Source of the DNA: Eledone cirrhosa
Taxonomy: Eukaryota
NCBI GenBank assembly: GCA_964016885.1
Contig: OZ024742.1
Span: 68,386,001 to 68,450,000, forward strand
Reading direction: 5' to 3'
DNA: 64,000 nucleotides
Shown here: piece by piece, positions 40,300-50,400 of the stretch
Layout: each line of letters opens with the position of its first letter
Position numbering within the stretch: position 1 is the first letter of the stretch
Notes under the pieces: model-generated
The model's input: the letters and a program-made list of their open reading frames with translations, nothing else
What the model was told of the DNA's origin: nothing
Databases searched by the model: none
Program-made: the position numbers and the translations under genes

Positions 40300-40700
40300 T
40301 GGAGACTGATACTGAGTTTCGAAACTTAACTCCAGACTTTTCTCTTCGCTTACCCAGTTCTGACATAGCCCGTACGGTCGAACTCCTCCACAAGATCGTA
40401 ATGTCGGCTGGAGAAGGAGCCACACGAGATGGAATGGATGTTGCAGCAAGTGCTGTTGTCCATTGTTCGCTGGAATGCTTTTGCGGTCTTGTCCGCGGGT
40501 GCAGCCCCTTTACCGCCGCACTCTATGCCCAGAGCCCAATCAACCTCCCCCATCCTCCTCCCCATTCTTCTGTGACACTAGAGTCCTTGCCATTCCCTCC
40601 CTTTTCTGTTGTTTTTTCTCTCTTTTTTCTTTATCTTCTCAATCTAAATTTTCTTTTTTCTTCTATTAAACTGTATTTACATGATATATTACATAAATAA
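40300..40700 (+). mobile_element. Second copy of the unclassified GC-core repeat
   Basis: 40400-40612 aligns by eye to the reverse complement of 6245-6455. Confidence 0.55.
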
Positions 40701-40792
40701 AATTAACCTATTGTAAAATATGTTTTTTTAAAGGTTTAGAAGGATGTGTGTGGTTCAATTCTTCCTGTGTTGTTTTGTGTTGTTTTGTTTTG

Positions 40793-41246
40793 TTCAGAAA
40801 TAATGATATTTGTTTATTGAAAAAAACCAACAAAGATTTAATATAATAGGTCTGTTTGGGAACAGGTTTTGAATTGACCAATAAAAAAGTAGTAAGTGGT
40901 CAAGTTGATAGAATAGTAGTAGTAGAAATTTAATTTAGGGGTAGAGGAATGCAGACTTCAGTTTTGAATGGAAAGAGTATTTTGAATGAAAAGATTACTT
41001 TGGGGATGAAAATAGGTCAAGCCGGTGAAAGGTACACGAAAATTTGATGTTATTAAAGAATAATGCTAATGTTAAAATCTAAGGAAAATAAAATTTTACG
41101 ATAAATGTGTTAGTGAAAAATATCAATCTACTACTATTCTATCAACTTGACCACTTACTACTTTTCTATTGGTCAATTCAAAACCTGTTCCCAAACAGAC
41201 CTATTATATTAAATCTTTTCAATAAACAAATATCATTATTTCTGAA
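40793..41246. repeat. Inverted repeat, arms about 120-130 bp (40793-40922 and 41128-41246), spacer about 205 bp
   Basis: Arms are near-identical reverse complements apart from an indel of about 11 bp and one substitution. Confidence 0.92.
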
Positions 41247-41249
41247 GAC

Positions 41250-41360
41250 TCACGCCGAGGTTAACTTTGCCTTTCATCCTTACGGGGTCGATAAAATAAA
41301 GTACCAGTAATGCACTGGGTAATTGCTGGCCTTGTGCCAAAAAGTAGAAACAATTATTTC
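41250..41360 (+). mobile_element. 5'-truncated SINE with 15-bp target-site duplication
   Basis: ATTATTTCTGAAGAC at 41235-41249 and 41353-41367 flanks the SINE central domain and tail. Confidence 0.85.
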
Positions 41361-42206
41361 TGAAGACAGCATATATATGTGTAGGTATGTATATTCCCTC
41401 TGATAGTTTGTAAAACTTTTACATAGATCTATATGATATACATACCAACACACACATATATATCCTAGAAACGATCGTAAAATGATGAATTTTTTAATAT
41501 AAGGAACTGTTTCTTTGTTTTTATTCATTATTTTTATTAATTTATCTTGACTCTGTTTTCCTGTGTTTTTCATCGAAAACATTTTGAATACATCTTTTCT
41601 TTTCATGATATTTGGATTACATTGAGTTCTTCATACGGATTGGACACTGCCGTATATTTTGGTAGATTTATCTACATATATATATATACGTATGTACCCC
41701 ACCTACACTTCAAACTGTCTTTCAACACCCACAGCCAATATTCACTCATAAAACTCCAGATCAAAAGTAACCAAAGAACATATGCAGACAACATTAACAT
41801 ATTTCTGTGATTTACGTAAAAATTAAACGTATTTAAAGACAATATTGTAATTAGTGTCAAAATATATTGACGCTGACATCTTTTAACCAGTTTAATGGAC
41901 GCAACATCTGTTGTATATACATCTTATATGGTCGTTGTGTTGCTTTTCTTGTTGTTGATAGTAGTGATGGATGTGTGACAGATTGTAAAGGTGGTGGTGA
42001 AGGTGGTGATGAAGGCGGTAATGATTGTGGTTTTATGGTGTTGGTCCTGCTGTTATTGAACGTCTATAGGTCTTCTGTAGTAAGATTTAGTATTGGCCTA
42101 ATTGTGTCTTTGATAGCATTGAGTTTGGTGGTGGTGTTGATGGTGGTGGTGCTGGTTTTGGTTGTGGTGTTGCTTGTTTTGGTGGTGGTGGTGCTTGTTT
42201 TGGTGG

Positions 42207-42237
<31 letters not shown>

Positions 42238-42315
42238 GGTGCTGCTGCTGCTGGTGGTGGTGGTGGTGGAGGTGGTGGTGGTGCTGCTGGTGGTGGTGGT
42301 GGTGGTGGTAGGTAG

Positions 42316-42354
42316 GTAGATAAATAGATATATAGATAGATAGATAGATATATC

Positions 42355-42410
<56 letters not shown>
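42316..42410. repeat. (GATA)n tract at the 3' end of copy C, adjacent to a (GGT)n tract at 42125-42310
   Basis: Directly visible. Confidence 0.95.
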
Positions 42411-45400
42411 TGTTTCTTTATTAGCCACAGGGGCACAAAAGAAGGGGACAAATACAAAGGGGGAAGTTTACATACAATAAAAACGTGTAAAATGTTATCA
42501 CAAATGTAATTTAAAAAGTTAGTCGATTTTCCCCAATAGAGAGAGACAGTTTATATGGGTAACACATACCCCCGAAAAAATGTGCAACCCTCATCTCCAG
42601 GAGTACGAAGAGTTTGTATTCCTTTTCTCTCCTCCTCCTTTTCCTCAACCTACAGACTGTTATAGAGAGAAGGCCCATTGACTCGGGCCATTCTCGCCAC
42701 TTTCACCAACCTTTCATAAAACTTGCTGGGGTACAGCACCTCTCTCTCCATCCTGATTCTTTTTCCAAAGTGGTATTTGAAAAAAAGAATCAGTTGTTGG
42801 CCGGAGAGAAAGGTGTCTGACCTCAGCCCTTTCAACCTTGTCCACCATACAACCCCTTTCGCCATAGCTATCACACAAAGGAAAACCGCCTCTCCTTCGT
42901 TTTTGAAGGAGGGTGGCGGTTTGATCATGACAATGGACTCGGTGGTCAACCGGATTGGTCCCACCCGCGACAATAGTCGTTCTACATAGCCCCACAGGTC
43001 AGTGACGCCCGGTCAGTGTATGAATGCGTGCGCGACGGTTTCTTCGTCTCGCACGCACCTCGGACAGATCTTTTTTGCAGGGTCCCTGCCCGGGCACCCA
43101 TGTCTGTAGAGCTTGTCTCGAACTGGTTGAGCTCCTCGGTAGCACTGCCAGGCCAGGAACTTTTGGAAGTTGTCCATCGGTTCCGGGCGGAAGGTCCTAC
43201 CGAACAGACAGGCCAGTTCATCTTCCTCTACGCCTAGAGTTTCACCGAGCGCGTCGTCGCACTTGCTGCGGATCAACCCTCTATAGAATGACGAAGTGGA
43301 GTCTCCACTGATCGGCGGGTCCGCCTGCCAGAGGGCTGTGAGCGCCTGAGCACATTCGATGTGCCAGTCGCCCATTTTCCTCGGTCTTTGCTTGACCCAG
43401 GACTGCAGCTCGGTCAGCGAGACGAGTCGTGGGAAGGCTCGCCTCACGAACGGGGCCCACACCGGTTGTCCGGTGAGGAATACGTAGAGATGCCGCAGCC
43501 TGAGCGCGTGTTTGCGCATCGTCAACCACGGCATCCCCAGCCCTCCGTTAGAAGGGTGTTGGCAGCAGATGGATCTTCTCACCAAAGGAGCCCGCCTCTT
43601 CCAAAGGAATTGGAAGAGCGCGCGCTCCATTTTGGCGAGCGTTTTGGCTGGACAAGGCACGACGGTCAAGCGGTCGTAGATGGCGGACGCTATAAAAGTG
43701 TTCGCCACCTCCGCTCGATCTTTCAAGGATAGTTTGCACTCGGCCCACTTCTGGGTGAGTGCAAACACCTTGGCCGTCACTTCGTTCCAGTTCTTCTCCA
43801 CCTGGAGGTCCGGACCAAACCAGACCCGAGCAGCTTTACCGGTCCTTCCGTCCAGCGTCCGACGACGCCATCGGAAGGCATCGGTTTGCCTCTCCACGAT
43901 CCGAGTTGCAAACCGATGGACTTCTCCCGGTTCAGCTTCGCTCCTGTGAAACTTTCGTATTCCTTCAGTAAGGTGCCGACTTCCTCGATTTGCGAGGTGC
44001 TCGACACCATTACTGTCCGTCGTCGGCGTTGGCCGACGCCGCTTTCCGCAGTCCCGGTTCCAGAGGGATGCCCTGCAATAGCTCCAACTTCCGCAGTAGT
44101 GGCTCGAGAGTCAGTACGTACAGAAGGGAGGAAAGAGAGAGCATCCCTGTCGAATGGATCGCGTAATATGGAACGGCTCCGAGAGGTAGCCGTTCACCTT
44201 GACCCTTGAGCAGATGTTGCTGTTGTGCATTGCAGCAATCCAGCCCCTGAACACGGGTCCGAAGCCTGCCACCTTGAGCACCGCATCCAGGTAACGATGG
44301 TCAACCCTATCGAAAGCCTTAGACTGATCCAAGTTGATCAGGACCCCACCGAAGCCGGGTTTACTCCCTACCCTCTCTATGATGTATCGCATGAGGTGGA
44401 GGTTGTCGTGTATGGACCTGGTCGGGATTGCGCATATTTGCGGTTCTCCCACCAGGTTCTCGACGATAAGCGCCAGCCTCTTTGCCAACACCTTGGCCAA
44501 AATCTGTAACTCTGTGTTTAGCAGAGTTATGGGCCGGAAGTTGCCTATGTCATCCCCCTTATACTCGTCCTTCCTGATTAGTGTGACCACGCCCCCGGTT
44601 ACAGAACTGGGAATTCTCCCGTTCTGTTGCCAGTTGCAGTAGACCGCTTCCAGGAGACCGGAGAATAAGTCCGGCATTGCTACGTAAAATTCGTAGGGTT
44701 GACCGTCGAGACCTGGAGATTTGCGTTTGCCGCATTGGCTCAGCGCGTCCCCTATCTCAGCGGCTGAAATCAGCCTTTCGCAGAACTTTGCCTCGCTGTC
44801 TGAGAGTCGCGGTAGGCCGTCGAGGTATGGAGCGAAATCCATAGCCCCTCCCGGCGCGCCGCCCCTCCCGAACAGTTGAGCAAAGTGCCGCTGAAAGGCC
44901 GCACACATCTGCTTCGGCTCACGTATCGCGCATCCGTTTTGGTCCTTCAAAGACCGAATCGTGGACTTGTTGCCACTTTTCGCCTCCGTCACTCGGGCCC
45001 AGCTAACAGCTTTGGCTCCCTCGTTTCCCAGAGCACGTATTTTGCTTCTGACAACGCACCCCTCGTGATTTGCGTCGAAGAACTGGTCCAAGGCCGTTCT
45101 CGTTGCTAGCTCGCTGGCTACGTTGCCACTTCTAATTGCCTCTTCTACTTTATCTACCAGTTCCTTCTCGGTTCTATTTCTATCTAACGCTAATTATTTA
45201 CTAAAACCTATCGAGTCTAATCTAACTGCCCTCTTGAGAGAGTACCACCATCTGTTGTTGACAATTGCCCCTGTCAAGTGCTGTTTAACTAAAGTGCTAA
45301 TCTGTCTACTGTAGGCTTTGCTTGTCGGTAATGACAAGTTCAGCTTCCAGTAGCCGGGTCCTTGTCTATGGGTTCTATCAAGGTTGGCCATGCAGGTCAC

Positions 45401-47331
45401 TAGTTTGTGATCTGAATAGGCAACCATGAACATTTGTGGACAGCTTAACATGTCCCTATCCTTATTTCTAACTAGAACCCTATCTAGGTATGATCTAGAT
45501 GTTCCGCTACGATTACTCGTTCGTGATGGTCTCCATTAGTGTTTTGTTTTCAGTGTTTATGTAAGTGTAAGTGTAATTTTCTTGTGTTGTGTTTGTTTTT
45601 GTCTGTAGTTCTTGTGTGTGCTTTCGTTTTGTTGTAGGTATTTTGTTTTCAGGAGGTGGGGGTTTTGTTTGTGATGTTTTTGTTGTTTGTGTTGGTGGTT
45701 GTATGTTCGTGGTAGTGTTTGCTGGTTTTTTGCTTTTGTGATGTCTTTTCTTTCTTTTCGAGCGATGGGGTTCTCCCTCGTTTTCACTGGGTGATGGCGA
45801 GATAGCCTCATCTGTTGTATCGTCTGTGTGATTGGGGAGGAGTATGTCTTGGGGAGCTGTTGTGTCTGTATGTGATTTTGCAGTGGTTTTAGGTGGAGTG
45901 GGGTTGGGTGGGACTGTGTTTGTTGTGGTTATTTTTGTGTGTTAGTGTTGTTGTGGTGAGGTTGGTGGTTGTGTTGTTTTGATGGGTGTCGGCAGAAGAG
46001 CCTTTTTTTTATTCATTAATTTAGGACAGGAAGCCCTCAGGTGACCCCTGCTAAAGAAATGGTAACATGAAGGCCGCCTACCCTCAACCGAAAAGTTTAT
46101 GTAGGTGAGTCCGTCCAGGAGTACACGTTGTGGGATCATAGCTATTCGCTCTGGGCTCATTTGCACCAGAACTTCAATGCTAGTCCCATTGAATACATCT
46201 CTGGGGGACTTTCCTACTGACAGTATTCTGTCTTCATCAAAATTGATGAAGCCGCACAGTATCCAACATATGTTCACCTTTGGTGTGACACTCGTGATTT
46301 TGATCTTTTGTGTCCTTTTTGCCATGTATGTAGGGAAAAGGGTGTACAGGTTGGATACAATTGGCGACACAGAGTAATTTTGGGCCGTCAATTGATCCTT
46401 CATGAGTACCGAAATACTCCCAAAAAGTTTGCTTCTTTGAATGAATACAATATCATTCATTGAATTTTTGAAAACCAGTCAATTTCTTTCTGTGACAATT
46501 GGACTGGTTTTCGGGTAGAATTGGAAACTGTCCTAAAAACTATCGTTTTGAGAGCAGTTTCCTTGCGAATTTCTACCGGAGAATTGATGCTGATAGCACC
46601 ATTTTTTTCGAAAGTGACATATCTCCTAGCGTCCTTTAAAAGTTGTTCGGCATTTGTTATGTCGAGATATATCAGTTCCTCCTTTTTTTGAACTGTCTGT
46701 ACAAAGGAGATATTTGGTTTCTTTGTGGAATTATCCGTGTTGGTGGTGTATTCATTATTGTTGTTATTGTTGTTGTTATTCTTGTTGTCACCGATGTTGA
46801 TATTATTCGTATTTTCCTTGGTGTTGTTGTTGTCTTTGATGCTGCTGTTATTGGTGTTGGCTTTATTTTTTTCTTTGTTGTTGTTAACATTGTTGTTTTT
46901 ATCATCATTATTGGTGTTGCTGTTATTTTTGTTGTCATTGAACTGTTTGGTGTCATTTGTGTTGTTTGGATATGAATTTGTTTTTGCATTTTCATTTCGT
47001 CTTTCCATCTCTATAGTATCTATTGAGAAGGAAAGGGGAGAAGACGATGTTGACTGCGAGCTTTGTAGTCTTACCGCCTCTCCACCACCATTATCGTTGG
47101 ACGCAGCGTTCATAACGTAATCAAACTTTTACAATATTTTTTCCAAGATTCGATGGAGAAAAAATTTTTCAAACTAATATTTCGCCCCTGTAGGGGCGAA
47201 AATGAGTTGACCCACCACCTGAAGGTCCAGATGGGGAGTCAAGTTACACAATAATATAAAATTTAACTGAAAACTCACGTTTTTTTCTTACATAAATTAA
47301 CGGAAACTTCTCCGCGAAGTTACACACGTCT
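42411..47331 (-). mobile_element. Tx1-clade LINE copy C; both ends present, internal deletion of about 0.93 kb
   Basis: ORF1 from ATG 47113 (CYHFFSRGHLRASCP); ORF1 end fused to the end of APE at about 45515; RT and CCHC pieces to the stop at 42650; (TATC)n on both sides. Confidence 0.94.
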
Positions 47332-47342
47332 GATAGAGAGAG

Positions 47343-47419
<77 letters not shown>
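47332..47419. repeat. (GATA)n spacer between C and D
   Basis: Directly visible. Confidence 0.97.
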
Positions 47420-50400
47420 TATTTCTTTATTTGCCACTAGGGCACAAGAGAAAGGGACAAATACACAGGGGGAGTTTACATAAATGCGAGTAAAGAAAAA
47501 AAGGAATAACAATAATAATATAATAATAGAAAGTCCTCAAAAGGGAGGGGGCGTGTTGGGGATTGCACATACCCCCGAAAAGTGTGCAACCCTTTTCGCG
47601 GGGGAAGCCCAGAGAGGAGGCGCTCCCCCTTTCCTCTTCACTTCTTCACCTACAGAACAATGTAGAGAGAAGGCCCATTTACACGAGCCATTCTCGCTTC
47701 TTTCACCCACCTTTCATAAAACTGTCTGGAGCCAAGTACTTCTCTCTCCATCCTGATCTTTCTTCCGAAGTGGTATCGGAAGAAGTAAACCAGGTGTTGG
47801 CCGGAGGGAAAGTCACCCGACCTCAGACCTTTCAGGTGCGTCCACCACACAACCTCTTTCATCATGGCTATTACGCACAGAAAGATCGCCTCTGCTTCAT
47901 TTCTGAAGGGAGGAGGCGGCTTGATGTTCACCACAGACTCGGCGACCAATCGAATCGGCGCCACACGCGACAGCAGTCGTTCGACGTAGCCCCACAGATC
48001 GGCAACGCCCGGACAGTGTACTAGTGCGTGCGCAACGGTTTCCTCGTCGCGCACGCATCTGGGACAGATCTTTTTCGCGGGATCCCTGCCCGGGCGCCCG
48101 TGTCTGTAGAACTTTTCTCGAACGGGCAGAGCCCCCCGGTAACACTGCCAGGCTAGGGACCTTTGGAAGTTGTCCATGGGTCCCGGGCCGAAAGTTCTAC
48201 CGAACAGGCTGGCCAGTTCGTCCTGCTCCATGCCTAGCGACTCTCCAAGGGTGTCGTCGCCCCTGCTAGCCACCAGCCCTCTATAGAATGTCGAGGTGGA
48301 TTCTCCACTGATAGTCGGGTCCGCTTGCCAGAGAGCCGTGAGCGCCTGGGTACACTCGGTGTGCCAGTTGCCCAGTTTTCTCGGTCTTTGCTTCACCCAG
48401 GACTGCAGCTCGGTGAGCGAGACGAGCTGTGGGAAGGCTCGCCTCACAAACGGGGCCCACACCGGCTGACCGGTGAGGAATACCTGTAGATGCCGTAGCC
48501 TCAATGCGTCCCTACGCATCAACAGCCACGGCATACCCAGCCCTCCTTTCGAAGGGTGCTGGCAGCAGATGGATCTCCTCACCATGGGAGGCCGCTTCTT
48601 CCAGAGGAACTGGAAGAGCATGCGCTCCATGATGGTGAGCGTTTCCTTAGGGCAAGGCACGACGGTCAGGCGGTAGTAGATGACGGACGCTATGTAAGCG
48701 TTCGCCACCTCCTCCCGACCTTTCAGTAATAGTTTGCACTTGGCCCACTTCTGGGTCAGCGCAAACACCCTGCTCGTCACCTCACCCCAATTCTTCTCCA
48801 CCTGGAGGTCCGGTCCGAACCAGACCCCGAGCAGCTTCACCGGGCCCTCCGTCCACCGCCCGACGACACCGTCTAACGGCATCGGTTTGCCCCTCCACGT
48901 TCCGAGTTGCAAACCGACTGACTTGTCCCGGTTCAGCCTAGCCCCCGTCAGCCTTTCGTATTCCTCCAGTAGGGTGGCGATCGCCCCGATTTCCGAGGCG
49001 TCCGCCACCATTACTGTTACGTCGTCGGCATAGGCCGAGACCGCTTTGTGCAATCCCGATTCCAGGGGTATGCCCCGCAGCAACTCCAACTTCCGCAGCA
49101 GTGGCTCGAAATCCAATACGTACAGAAAGGAGGAGAGGGGGCACCCCTGCCTGATGGACCGGGTGATTTGAAACGGCTCCGAGAGGTAGCCGTTTACTTT
49201 AACCCTAGAGCAGACATTGCCACTGTGCATGGCAGAAATCCAGCCCCTGAAAACGGGTCCGAAGCCCGCCGCCGCTAGCACCGCATCCAGGTAACCATGG
49301 TCGACCCTATCGAACGCCTTAGATTGATCCAAGTTGATCAGGGCCCCACCAAAGCCGGGTTCGTTCCCAACCCTCTCTACGATGTATCGCATGAGGTGGA
49401 GGTTGTCGTGAATGGACCTGGACGGGATAGCGCATGTCTGCGCGTCTCCCACCAAGCCACCCACCACAAGCGCCAACCTCTTCGCCAACACCTTGGCCAA
49501 AATCTGTAACTCTGCATTCAGCAGAGTTATGGGCCTAAAGTTACTTAAGTCGTCCCCCTTGCTCTCGTCCTTCCTCACTAGCGTGACTACGCCCTTGGTC
49601 ACAGAACAGGGAATTCTCCCGTTCTGTTGCCAGTTGCAATAGACAGCCTCGAGGAGTTCTCTAAATAAAGTTCGTATGATAGACCATTGAGACCCGGAGA
49701 TTTGCGTCTGCTGCATTGGCTGAGCGCTTACTCGATTTCAGTGGCTGTGATTGGCCTTTCGCAGCACTCCGCTTCGCCGCTCGAAAGACGTGGTAGACCG
49801 TCGATGTATGGACCGAAGTCCACATCCCCGTCCGGCCCCCCGCCCCCTCCGAACAGTCGAGCAAAGTGCCTTTGAAAGGCCTCGCACATCCGCTCAGGTT
49901 CAAGGATCACCCGTCCATCCTGGTCTCGCAAAGACCGAATGGTGGATTTAATCCCACTCTTGGCTTCTGTCACGCGGGCCCAGCTAACAGCTTTGGTCCC
50001 CTCGTTTCCTAAAGCACGTATTTTACTTCGGACAACGCAGCCTTCGTGCTTCGCGTCAAAGAACTGGCTCAACGCCGTTCTCGACGCTAACACTCTGGCC
50101 ACGTCTCCGCTCCTAATCGCCTCTTCTAGTTTATCTGTTAACTCCCTTTCCCTCCTATTTCTATTCGCCGCTAGTTCCTTACTGTAACCTATCGAACTTA
50201 CTCTAATCTCTCTCTTTAGAGATACCCACCACCTGCTGTTGACGATCGCTCCCGTCAACCGCATCTTAACTAAGCTACTAATCCGGTTCCTGTAAGCTTC
50301 CTTTGCCGGCAAGGACAAGTTCATCTTCCAGTAACCGGGACCCTGTCTATGCGTTCTATCAAGGTTGACCACGCATGTCACTAATTTGTGATCTGAATAG

